Shown here: positions 25,379 to 33,943 of the stretch, one piece after another
How the letters are laid out: each line of letters begins with the position of its first letter
Position numbering within the stretch: position 1 is the stretch's first letter
DNA from: an uncultured Thermoflexus sp.
Lineage (GTDB): Bacteria > Chloroflexota > Anaerolineae > J036 > Brachytrichaceae
NCBI GenBank assembly: GCA_964560745.1
Contig: CAZLOF010000001.1
Span: 1-36,794, forward strand
DNA length: 36,794 bases
Direction: 5' to 3'
Translations under genes and position numbers: made by a program
Notes under the pieces: generated by a model
The model's input: only the letters and a program-made list of their open reading frames with translations
The model's database searches: none
Told to the model about the DNA's origin: nothing

Positions 25379-26239
25379 TTATATCCAGTATGCCACTCTA
25401 GAACGGAACCTCGAAAACAGGGCCAAGGCGAAAATAGAACCAAAAATCAGCATTCCAAACGCAACGGACCAAGATAGCAGGGCAACCGCCTGTCCCACCA
25501 AAGGAGCTCGAATCAATTCAACCAAATGATATAGCGGATTCACGTCGGCAATAATCCGGTTTGGGCCAAGCATATCGGCCTTCCAAAGTATCGGACTGAT
25601 GAAGAAGGCTACCTGAATTAAATTCGCCACGATCTGCGGAATATCTCTGAATCTCGCACATAGCAGCGCCACGACCAAACCAACCCAGAAAAGGTTTCCG
25701 ATCACTACAATAAGACCCACACCAGAAGTGAATACCTTTGAAATTTCGTCAGGAGGGAAAGCAATCACCAGCACCAGAATAATCGCAGCGTTATGCGCAA
25801 AAACGATTACATTTCTGGCAAGCACACGTAGCAAATGGACAGAGAGAGGGAGATTTATTTCTTTTATATACCCTGACGCACCAATAAAAGCAGTACAGGA
25901 ATCATTTACTACGCCGGAGATAAATAGCCAGATAATCAAGCTAATGCCCAAGTGTTGCAGATAGGGGCCAATTTCCTGATTGAGCAAGGCGCCATAAAGC
26001 GGCCCCATTGCTGCGACCATGAGCCCAGTGCTGATCGTAATCCAGAATGGGCCGATAACTGACCGACGATATCGCTGCTTTATATCTTGCCATGCCAAGT
26101 GAAACCAGAGCTGCGTGCCAAACAATCCCTGCTGGATATCTGTCACGCCTTTCTGCAATTGACTTAAATAATTTTTATCGGCCACAAGTTCTCTTGATTT
26201 AAAAAACAGCTTCTGGACTGTATAAAACTTGGGAGCCAA
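25379..26239 (-). CDS. wzm: ABC-2-type polysaccharide exporter permease
   Basis: AWQDIKQRYRRSVIGPFWITI, the typical Wzm/TagG/KpsM N-terminal motif, followed by about six hydrophobic segments. The start is uncertain. 26239 is a TTG, and the in-frame GTG at 26185 is an alternative. Confidence 0.8.
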   Translation of the reverse strand: MAPKFYTVQKLFFKSRELVADKNYLSQLQKGVTDIQQGLFGTQLWFHLAWQDIKQRYRRSVIGPFWITISTGLMVAAMGPLYGALLNQEIGPYLQHLGISLIIWLFISGVVNDSCTAFIGASGYIKEINLPLSVHLLRVLARNVIVFAHNAAIILVLVIAFPPDEISKVFTSGVGLIVVIGNLFWVGLVVALLCARFRDIPQIVANLIQVAFFISPILWKADMLGPNRIIADVNPLYHLVELIRAPLVGQAVALLSWSVAFGMLIFGSIFALALFSRFRSRVAYWI

Positions 26240-26287
26240 GAGCTTTGGCTACTGCCAAAATCAGTGGTTTCCATGCATTGATCTTGA

Positions 26288-27352
26288 TTACACAAAAAAC
26301 GAATGATCCTTATCGAGAGAGAGATATTCGTGGATGGCGAGATTTTTGGCATGACTGACACAGTGATGACCGCATTGGACGGAGGGATCAAAGGAAGTGA
26401 GAAATTTCTGGTTCTCCTCTGAGAACCAGAACTCCTTGAATGATCGGTTCGCTATCGAACCCATCCGGCCAGATTCGGTATAGGCCTTGTCTTGACACGT
26501 ATAAACCATTTGGTCTGCACCGATCACGGTCAAGAATTGAAGGAATGGACAGGTGTGATAATTTTTCTCAAACCTGTCTTCAAGGTCGTGGTAGTGGTTG
26601 AGTATGCTGAAGGTTCCATCGGAAAGAGTTTGTGCTTCAGCGATCTGCCGTGCGACTTCTGTCTTGATCGACTGGTGGTAGTCATTGTTTCCGGCAGCAT
26701 CATTGCTAACAACCGCCCCCGACACTTTTACGTGATTGACGCCGCAGTCTTTGAGCAACGAGCATACTTCTGCAATATGCCTGTGATTATTTTGGCCTAC
26801 GATGAGGCTAATCCCCAGTACGCATTTGGTATCACGGGCGGTGAATGCGCAAATATTGTCAACAAGACGTGAAAAATCGTCGCGTTTTGCCCCTCTGCTT
26901 TTCACATAACTCTCATCATCCCAAGCGTCGATGGATATGCGTACCCAAGTACCATGCCGTGCCAACGAATCGGCTACTCGCCCTTTGAGGTTGGAGCCGT
27001 TGCTCAATGCAGCAACCCTGACCCCTCCTGCGGCAAGTACCTCAATTACATCCGGCAATGGCTTGTACAGAAGTGGTTCGCCGCCACCCGAGAACGTTAC
27101 AGCCTTGACGCCGATATCAACAAATTCTTGAGCAAGTGAAAGCATTCTGGCTGCCGGGATGCTGTCCTTTTCAACCATCTCACCACCCAGTGCCAAATCA
27201 TCGGTTCGGTAGGCGCAATACCAACAGTTATGGTTGCAGAGATTGGTCGGTTTTACCCGGATGTGCACCGGTGCAACGACGCGACCCTGTGCAAGCCCCT
27301 GGAGGTGATCCTTGAATTGCAAAAATTTAAGTGAGCTGTAATAAGTGGCCAT
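26288..27352 (-). CDS. radical SAM protein with extra C-terminal cysteines (possible auxiliary-cluster domain)
   Basis: VKPTNLCNHNCWYCAY (Cx3Cx2C), SGGGEPLL, and C-terminal Cys motifs (TCPF, YTCQ, CGHHC). The track start at 27385 is a TTG inside the upstream gene. I prefer ATG 27352 (MATYYSSLKF), 11 nt after the upstream stop. Confidence 0.85.
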   Translation of the reverse strand: MATYYSSLKFLQFKDHLQGLAQGRVVAPVHIRVKPTNLCNHNCWYCAYRTDDLALGGEMVEKDSIPAARMLSLAQEFVDIGVKAVTFSGGGEPLLYKPLPDVIEVLAAGGVRVAALSNGSNLKGRVADSLARHGTWVRISIDAWDDESYVKSRGAKRDDFSRLVDNICAFTARDTKCVLGISLIVGQNNHRHIAEVCSLLKDCGVNHVKVSGAVVSNDAAGNNDYHQSIKTEVARQIAEAQTLSDGTFSILNHYHDLEDRFEKNYHTCPFLQFLTVIGADQMVYTCQDKAYTESGRMGSIANRSFKEFWFSEENQKFLTSFDPSVQCGHHCVSHAKNLAIHEYLSLDKDHSFFV

Positions 27353-27363
27353 GAGCTTGGGTT

Positions 27364-27762
27364 CTATGCAGATGTCTGGACGCAATATAGCAATGTGAGA
27401 CGGACCTGCCAGAGGGTTTCAATGCGCTCACACTCTTGCACAGTACTCGCACTCATGCCCTCGACTGCAAAATGCATGGCCTTTTCCTTTGCCACTATCC
27501 GGCTGTAAATTTTTTGGCGAAGTGCTGAATCCTGAGGTAGCTGAAACAGGCTATATGCTACAAAGCCATCTATTTCATCAAGCTCTTCTATAACCTGCTC
27601 GAGAATCAGGTGACTGTTCGGCATTGCATATTCAGTCGCACTTAAGAGGAAGTGCAAACAATTACGTTCGCAATAATCTCGGATCACCAGATTTTGAACA
27701 TGCTGGGGTACGCGCTCCCCCATGAACGGCCTGCTGAAAATATATCCTCGAGCTTGGTTCAT
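27364..27762 (-). CDS. 132-aa uncharacterised protein; resembles what I recall as the LIC12192-family 'sporadic carbohydrate cluster' protein
   Basis: MNQARGYIFSRPFMGERVPQHVQNLVIRDYCERNCL... has no catalytic motif I can assign. It is tightly embedded, with an ATGA overlap to the oxygenase stop at 27759-27762. The family assignment is from memory only. Confidence 0.55.
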   Translation of the reverse strand: MNQARGYIFSRPFMGERVPQHVQNLVIRDYCERNCLHFLLSATEYAMPNSHLILEQVIEELDEIDGFVAYSLFQLPQDSALRQKIYSRIVAKEKAMHFAVEGMSASTVQECERIETLWQVRLTLLYCVQTSA

Positions 27763-28553
27763 AATATTTGTGGAAGACGGTAAGCCATGCCCGTACGCGA
27801 CGCTGCACGAAGGGTAATTGGCTCAAAAAACTCACCGATTTTTTTGTCCCCATAAGGTGTGAAAACCCCTTTGAACCTGCAGTTCATAGACCAACGGGTT
27901 TCCTTCTCCTCATTGACACGATTGCCATGAGGGAGTGCCTGGTTAAAGACGAGCACTTCTCCATACCGAACTTCGAGCCATTTCACTTGCTCTTTGATCG
28001 ACTGATACAAAGTCTCGCTACTACCTCCCGCACGCTCCGCAAAATTTGTATCAAGCCCTGCAGCTGACTGCGGTGGCAATAGATACATCGCTTTTGTACG
28101 ATAGCAGTCCACCAGTGGCAGCCAAACCACCACTTCAAAAGGTGAATCACCTGACCAGGTATCGGCATGTATCGGCAATAGAGAGCTGTCATCTCCTGGT
28201 AATTGAATGCTTAGGTTGATCCTAAGCTGCATGGCCAACTCGTTGCCGACCAATGCTTCCAGATAGGGCCGCGCTACTCGGAAATACATTTCGCGAAACC
28301 CATCGATGGCATTAAAGCCGCGTATTATTTGCATCCGAAATGCATTCAGGGCTTTGGTGCCGACTTTTTGATGAACCTGGTTCAAAAGATCCTCTGGCTC
28401 ACCAACTGTCTCTACGCCAAGTGCATCGCGAATCAAACGAAGAAATTGATCGCGCATCCAGCCCAGTGCCTCAACATCTGCCACTGGTCGAATGACATAC
28501 CCTTGTTCCAGGTATTCCTTCGTAAGATCCTTTTCTATCTGGGTAAGAAACAT
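27759..28553 (-). CDS. 2-oxoglutarate/Fe(II)-dependent oxygenase (phytanoyl-CoA-dioxygenase-like)
   Basis: LPIHADTW (HxD), ALPHGN (distal His) and RWSMNCRF (2OG-binding Arg). The track ORF (to 28709) overlaps the transketolase gene by 155 nt. ATG 28553 (MFLTQIEKDL) lies 1 nt after that gene's stop. Confidence 0.7.
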   Translation of the reverse strand: MFLTQIEKDLTKEYLEQGYVIRPVADVEALGWMRDQFLRLIRDALGVETVGEPEDLLNQVHQKVGTKALNAFRMQIIRGFNAIDGFREMYFRVARPYLEALVGNELAMQLRINLSIQLPGDDSSLLPIHADTWSGDSPFEVVVWLPLVDCYRTKAMYLLPPQSAAGLDTNFAERAGGSSETLYQSIKEQVKWLEVRYGEVLVFNQALPHGNRVNEEKETRWSMNCRFKGVFTPYGDKKIGEFFEPITLRAASRTGMAYRLPQIL

Positions 28554-28554
28554 T

Positions 28555-29484
28555 TCAAATCTTGCGAAGTTTTTTGCGCATAGTTTCGGCAATTGAATCA
28601 GCAGTAATTCCCCAATGGCCGAGGAGAGAGTCCTGGCTACCGTACTGCTTGGCAAAACAATCGGGAATCCCAATTCTCGCAACTTTTCTGGCCTGATCCG
28701 GCAGTTCATCGCTGCAATATTCGAGAATAGCGCTACCCAGCCCGCCGATACGTGTGTGCTCTTCTACACTAACCAGCGCATCCACTTTAGGAAGCCAATG
28801 ATTCAGCGCCGCATGATCCAAAGGTTTGATGGTATGCATGTGCAGAACGCCGCAGGCCAATCCCTCATTTGCAAGTTGCTCAGCCGCCTTTAATGCAAGC
28901 TGAGTCATCACGCCTGTCGTAACGAATATGCCTGTACCCGGCTCCTTCAGCAGAATTGCCCTACCGATCTCAAACCCAAGCTCTTCGCGACTGATGACCG
29001 CATCGCCACCTTTGCCTAGCCGAATATAAATTGGATGCGGCCAATCAATTGTTTGCACCATTAAGCGACGCATCTCTTCCGCATCGCAGGGAGCAACTAC
29101 TGTCATATTTGGCAGGGCACGCATGATGGCAATATCTTCTACCGCCAGATGGGTCGGGCCAAGCGGCGCATAGACCACGCCTCCGCCACTTGCAATCAGC
29201 CGTACCGGAAGATCTTGAAGGCAAAGATCCAGTGCGACCTGTTCATAGCAGCGCCGGGTAAGAAATGTCGCAATGGTGTTGATGTAGGGAATAAACCCGT
29301 TCATCGCCAAGCCTGCCGCCATACCTACGACATGCTGCTCGCTTACCCCTTCCATAAAAAATCTCTCAGGGATATCGCGCTTCATGCCATCCAGAACACC
29401 GGGCCCAAGATCAGAGCCTATAAAGACAATGCGGGGATCGTTCTTGGCGAACTGATAAACCGAATCCAAACTTGTTTTACGCAT
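28555..29484 (-). CDS. transketolase, C-terminal (pyrimidine-binding) subunit of a split enzyme
   Basis: VFIGSDLG, FMEGVSEQHVVGMAAGLAMNGFIPY, and the IGIPDCF end region. About 309 aa, as in split TktB-type subunits. Confidence 0.9.
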   Translation of the reverse strand: MRKTSLDSVYQFAKNDPRIVFIGSDLGPGVLDGMKRDIPERFFMEGVSEQHVVGMAAGLAMNGFIPYINTIATFLTRRCYEQVALDLCLQDLPVRLIASGGGVVYAPLGPTHLAVEDIAIMRALPNMTVVAPCDAEEMRRLMVQTIDWPHPIYIRLGKGGDAVISREELGFEIGRAILLKEPGTGIFVTTGVMTQLALKAAEQLANEGLACGVLHMHTIKPLDHAALNHWLPKVDALVSVEEHTRIGGLGSAILEYCSDELPDQARKVARIGIPDCFAKQYGSQDSLLGHWGITADSIAETMRKKLRKI

Positions 29485-29499
29485 TTATTCACTCGCTGA

Positions 29500-30303
29500 T
29501 CAGGTAAGGCACTCATACATGGCCGCAATATCGTCTTCGGAGAGGCCGGATTTATGATGCCACTCAGCCTTTCCTTCGGCAAAGTGAAAGCCTTTGCCCT
29601 TGATTGTGTGGCAAATGACAGCCGTTGGTTTCTCTACATTCAGTGGCAAACGAGCCATCAGGGATTCCAATGCGCCGACATCGTGGCCATTGATTTCCTC
29701 GACCGCAAAGCCAAAGCTGCGCCACTTTTCCGGCAGCGGTTCCAGGTCAAGGACCTCACTTGTTGCGCCGTAGGATTGCAGTTTGTTGTAATCAACAAAT
29801 ACTGTAAGGTTGGAGAGTCTATGCTTGGCAGCTGACATCGCAGCCTCCCAAACCGATCCCTCGTTTATTTCTCCATCGCCGGTAACGACCACCACTCTGT
29901 ATGACTGCTTTCGAATTTTCGCGGCCAGCGCCATACCGACCCCCATTGAGAGGCCATGGCCGAGAGCTCCTGTAGAGGCTTCGACCCCTGGCAGTTTTCC
30001 CCATTCGGGGTGGCCTCCCAAACGGGATGTAGGAGCACAAAATGTCAAAAGCTCTTCTTTCGGGAAAAAGCCTTTATCCGCCAATAGCGCATATAGCGTG
30101 AGACATCCGTGGCCTTTACTCAGGATAAAGCGGTCACGATCAGGCCACGTCGGGTCATTCGCCCTGTATTGAAGGAAAGAGTCATACAGGACTCTGAGAA
30201 TCTCCACCATAGACATTGAAGACCCCAAATGCCCACGACGGCCACCTTCAAGAGCCTGTACGATGGTGCGCCTAAGATGCTTCGATCGCTGATCCATAGA
30301 CAT
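29500..30303 (-). CDS. transketolase, N-terminal (ThDP-binding) subunit of a split enzyme
   Basis: GHLGSSMS, SKGHGCLTLYALL, GALGHGLSMGVGMALA and VVTGDGEINEGSVWEA. The ATG at 30303 is preceded by a strong AAGGAG 7 nt upstream, located inside the 3' end of the upstream gene. Confidence 0.9.
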   Translation of the reverse strand: MSMDQRSKHLRRTIVQALEGGRRGHLGSSMSMVEILRVLYDSFLQYRANDPTWPDRDRFILSKGHGCLTLYALLADKGFFPKEELLTFCAPTSRLGGHPEWGKLPGVEASTGALGHGLSMGVGMALAAKIRKQSYRVVVVTGDGEINEGSVWEAAMSAAKHRLSNLTVFVDYNKLQSYGATSEVLDLEPLPEKWRSFGFAVEEINGHDVGALESLMARLPLNVEKPTAVICHTIKGKGFHFAEGKAEWHHKSGLSEDDIAAMYECLT

Positions 30304-31918
30304 GGATTAACTCCTTAATTTCTTGAAGAAGGGCTTTGGATTTTTTGAGTTGCTCACGGCGAATCTCACCCAAATCAGCAGCCTTCATGGGGTCGGCATG
30401 CAAACGTTGGGCAGCGCCATGCTTCAGATATTCATTGAGAAGAATTAAGCACCATTTCAATCCGAACAACGGCAGATAGGCATCTAATCTTTGATCAAAA
30501 GTCTCGTCACACTCGAATATTTCGCGTGCGTTATGGATCCATTTTTCTCGCGATGCTGAAGTCAGGGACATCCCGGGATGCCAATAAAAATCTGACACCA
30601 ACTTGACTGGGTCGTCCCAGCCAAAATATTCAAAATCAATATAGACGATCTCCCCATCATCAGTTCGCAATGCATTGTGGGAGCCGAAATCTGATGGGCT
30701 CAGCATTTGTATTTTTTTCGAGATCGGCATATGAAAATCTTTACCGCATCGAATTTTTGCTCGCTGAGTAGCCTCAAGAAAACATGGTAGGAAATCACGA
30801 TTCACGTAATCTGACAGTACGTCAGATTCAACTACAAGCAATCGCTGTAGCCGCTGTTCAATCTGTGCCGTCAAATCCGAACCACTGAGACAGGCCTCCG
30901 AGGCCAGCGGAAATTGAACTTTGGTGCCTATCAATTGAGTATCACAAAAAAGCTGGCGGACGAACTCAGTTGCATCAGCCAAGAACGCTCCGTCAAACGA
31001 GGACGTTGCTCCTCCCGAAACCCACTTAAAAATCCCCCAGCCGAGCTTCGAATCAGCCACGACGGGTTCGGTCACTCTGTAGCCAGAGCTTTTAAGCTCT
31101 TTGCATGCAGAGAATTCCGTGTCTAGTCTAGGTCTCGAATCTCGCTGTCGATCTGGGTATACCTTTAAAGCGTAGTTGTTGGCACCGCCATCCGTCAGGG
31201 CATATATCCTGCTGTTACCCCTACCTTTTATTAGCTTTGCCTGCTTAACGCCAAGCTCCGGAAAAACTGTCCGGACAACTTGGGAAATTTCGTCATCCTG
31301 CCATCCCCCATGAAGTTCTTGAGCAATATCACGCCATGAGTCAGAAACATGCACGCTCGGGGAACTGGCGCTCACACCCGACGACTGGAATAGAATTTTC
31401 TTTGTCGATGATGGAAAACTTGGCTCTTCAAATACTTCTCGTAGATCATCAATGAAGTGAGTACATTCAAGAATCTGGATTCGGCGAATCTTGTCTTCGC
31501 GAGTAGATTCAAAAAAAACTTGATCCCTAGACAGCGCAAGTCCATTCTCAGCAAAAATCCCATTTTTTTGCATCCAATGTATCGCTTGCTCGCGCAACGG
31601 TACGCGGTCTTCATCAAAATGCCCGAATTCCGATTTGTGGCTTACGATGAAAACCTCATATCCCCGTAACTTGCATAGGTATAGAAATTCATAAAAACCG
31701 GGAAACGCTTCCGCACGCAGCATGTGCTTCCCGTAAACCTGCCCCTGCAATCGCTGCCAGTCCACATCGCCGCCGGGCCGCCTTAATATGCTCTCCTTGA
31801 TGGCCGACTTTGATGAGTGCTGCTGGGGCGAAACAAAACCCATCAATGACGCTACATCACTGAACGCCCGGTCATAACACGCTATCGTGTTATCGAAATC
31901 GACTCCAATTCGAAGCAT
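30272..31918 (-). CDS. fusion protein: N-terminal HAD-superfamily hydrolase-like domain + C-terminal aminoglycoside/choline-kinase-type (APH fold) kinase domain
   Basis: MLRIGVDFDNTIA (HAD motif I, DxDxT). The C-terminal SPSDFGSHNAL....IVYIDFEYFGWDDP matches the APH/ChoK catalytic loop (H.N) and the metal-binding DFE. The ATG at 31918 shares one base with the upstream stop (TAATG). Confidence 0.7.
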   Translation of the reverse strand: MLRIGVDFDNTIACYDRAFSDVASLMGFVSPQQHSSKSAIKESILRRPGGDVDWQRLQGQVYGKHMLRAEAFPGFYEFLYLCKLRGYEVFIVSHKSEFGHFDEDRVPLREQAIHWMQKNGIFAENGLALSRDQVFFESTREDKIRRIQILECTHFIDDLREVFEEPSFPSSTKKILFQSSGVSASSPSVHVSDSWRDIAQELHGGWQDDEISQVVRTVFPELGVKQAKLIKGRGNSRIYALTDGGANNYALKVYPDRQRDSRPRLDTEFSACKELKSSGYRVTEPVVADSKLGWGIFKWVSGGATSSFDGAFLADATEFVRQLFCDTQLIGTKVQFPLASEACLSGSDLTAQIEQRLQRLLVVESDVLSDYVNRDFLPCFLEATQRAKIRCGKDFHMPISKKIQMLSPSDFGSHNALRTDDGEIVYIDFEYFGWDDPVKLVSDFYWHPGMSLTSASREKWIHNAREIFECDETFDQRLDAYLPLFGLKWCLILLNEYLKHGAAQRLHADPMKAADLGEIRREQLKKSKALLQEIKELIHVYGSAIEAS

Positions 31919-32910
31919 TACTGCAAATTCAAACTTTGCATACGTTTGATGTTGAAGTAACGTTCATCCTGTAGTGAGTTCGGTAGCTTGTTTTCCTCAA
32001 ATGCCTTTCGAATACCTTCCACTGCATCGCGAATCGTGTGCTGCGGAATGAAGCCGAGCTTCTCCGCAATTTTCTTCGATGAAATATGGTACGAACGATT
32101 ATCATCGGTTGGAGAACAAACCAGCTTTACGTCATCACCAATCACAGCTTTAACCGTTTCCGCCAATTCCAGAACAGATTGATTCTCGTAGCCGGCATTG
32201 AATGTCTCTCCCGCAATGATTTCTGTCGGGGCTTTCAACAGCAGAAGATAGCTTTCGACCATGTCTTGAATATGAATATTCGGACGTAATTGCTTGCCCC
32301 CAAAGACGGTAATTTCTCGCTTGTGATATGCAAGATTTGTCAAAATATTAACGACAACATCGAGCCGTTGACGTGGTGAATATCCGCACACTGTAGCGGG
32401 TCGGATGGTCACTGTAGTGAAATCCGGAGACTGATATTCAGCAAGGATTTTTTCGCAATCCGCCTTGAATTTCGAATAATCAGTCAAGGGCTCTAACGAC
32501 ATCCCCTCATGGACATTTGATTCTTCTTTGATGCCGTATACCGATGACGAGGATGCATAAATAAATCTTTTTACCCCCGACTGTTTACTGATTTCAACCA
32601 AAGGTCTGAAGGCATCAAGATTGATGGACTTCCCCAGATCGGGGTTTAGTTCGAAGCTGGGATCATTGGAGATGCAGGCCAAATGAATCGCCGCATCATG
32701 TCCCGGAACAGTCTTTTTCAACAGCGCCCTGTCACGAACATCCCCCTTGATCATCGTAAGTTTTGGATGCGACTGAATCACTTCTTCACCGTAAATCATC
32801 AGGTCAAAAACAGTTACCGCATAGCCTTCCTCTAGCAATCTGGGCACAAGAACAGCGCCAACATAGCCAGCTCCGCCAGTAATAAAAATTCGCTTTAATT
32901 CATTATTCAT
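31918..32910 (-). CDS. NAD-dependent epimerase/dehydratase (extended SDR)
   Basis: IFITGGAGYVGAVL (GxxGxxG), ASSSSVYG and YSKFK (YxxxK). The track start at 32922 is a TTG. I prefer ATG 32910 (MNNELKRIF). Confidence 0.85.
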   Translation of the reverse strand: MNNELKRIFITGGAGYVGAVLVPRLLEEGYAVTVFDLMIYGEEVIQSHPKLTMIKGDVRDRALLKKTVPGHDAAIHLACISNDPSFELNPDLGKSINLDAFRPLVEISKQSGVKRFIYASSSSVYGIKEESNVHEGMSLEPLTDYSKFKADCEKILAEYQSPDFTTVTIRPATVCGYSPRQRLDVVVNILTNLAYHKREITVFGGKQLRPNIHIQDMVESYLLLLKAPTEIIAGETFNAGYENQSVLELAETVKAVIGDDVKLVCSPTDDNRSYHISSKKIAEKLGFIPQHTIRDAVEGIRKAFEENKLPNSLQDERYFNIKRMQSLNLQ

Positions 32911-32956
32911 CGTCGTATCCAATTCATCTCATCAATGTAGGGTCTGACAAATTCAG

Positions 32957-33943
32957 TCAGTGATTTGCTCCGAGATACCTGAACCAGTCAGTAGTAGCAG
33001 TAGCAATGCTTTCCGGTGTCCAAACAGGGGCATTGCGCCAGTAATCAATATTTTTCAAAACCTCGGAAACCCCCTCCTCAATGGAAACCGTCGGAGCCCA
33101 TCCAAGATCACGCGTAATTTTTCCAATATCTGCAAACGTGCAGTCAGGCTCACCTGGACGTTTTGGTATATTGACCTTCTCTCCGCCAAGAAGCTCGACC
33201 AAACGATTTACAGAAACAGAATTTCCGCTACCAATATTGTAAATACTGCCAACATGCTCACTACTTGCAGCGGCGATCAGCGCTCGTACAACATCAGTTA
33301 CGTAAGTAAAATCTCGTGTTTGGCATCCATCGCCTACAACCGTGAATGGCTTCCCTGCGAGTTTCTGAGCAAGAAACACTCCGAATACGGCACCGTAAGT
33401 CCCAGAAGTTCTTGAGCGCGTCCCATAAACGTTGAAGAAACGGGTGGAGATTGCAGGCAATTTGTATACTTGGGCCCAATGCATCACCATTTCTTCACCA
33501 AGGCGTTTAGTCAAGGCATATGGATATTGAGGCCGAATTTCTGCAGTTTCTGGCGTTGGGTAGTGATCAGGTATTCCGTAACAGGAAGACGAAGCCGCAT
33601 AGACGAATCGGCGGATTGAAGCAGTCACACTTGCCTGCAACATATTGGACGTACCGACCACATTGGCACGGAAATACGGTTCGGGCTGCTGAATGCTAGG
33701 CACAATATCCGCCAATGCTGCGAGATGAAACACCCAATCGACATTGCCTAGATGTCGCATCCATTCGCCCGGCACCGAAATATCGCACTCTATTAGCTGA
33801 ACCATGTTTTTGACATGTTCCAGATTCTCCGGCCGTCCAGTACTGAAGTTGTCTAGCACAACAACTTCATGCCCCATTGCCAACAACGCATCGACAAGAT
33901 GGCTACCGATAAATCCTGCACCGCCTGTAACCAACGACTTCAT
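32957..33943 (-). CDS. NAD-dependent epimerase/dehydratase (extended SDR)
   Basis: MKSLVTGGAGFIGSHLVDALL, ASSSCYG and YALTK (YxxxK). The ATG at 33943 is in an ATGA overlap with the gmhA-like stop. Confidence 0.85.
   Translation of the reverse strand: MKSLVTGGAGFIGSHLVDALLAMGHEVVVLDNFSTGRPENLEHVKNMVQLIECDISVPGEWMRHLGNVDWVFHLAALADIVPSIQQPEPYFRANVVGTSNMLQASVTASIRRFVYAASSSCYGIPDHYPTPETAEIRPQYPYALTKRLGEEMVMHWAQVYKLPAISTRFFNVYGTRSRTSGTYGAVFGVFLAQKLAGKPFTVVGDGCQTRDFTYVTDVVRALIAAASSEHVGSIYNIGSGNSVSVNRLVELLGGEKVNIPKRPGEPDCTFADIGKITRDLGWAPTVSIEEGVSEVLKNIDYWRNAPVWTPESIATATTDWFRYLGANH

Noticed and set aside
24655-25443. The longer 262-aa Wzt ORF from the track.
   Set aside because: The extra 23 residues overlap the permease gene's 3' end and are not part of the ABC ATPase fold. 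ATG 25374 is 4 nt after the permease stop.
28555-28709. The 155-nt overlap between the oxygenase track ORF and the transketolase C-subunit gene, which could hint at a frameshift or fused gene.
   Set aside because: An in-frame ATG at 28553, 1 nt after the transketolase stop, gives a normal-length oxygenase. No frameshift is needed.
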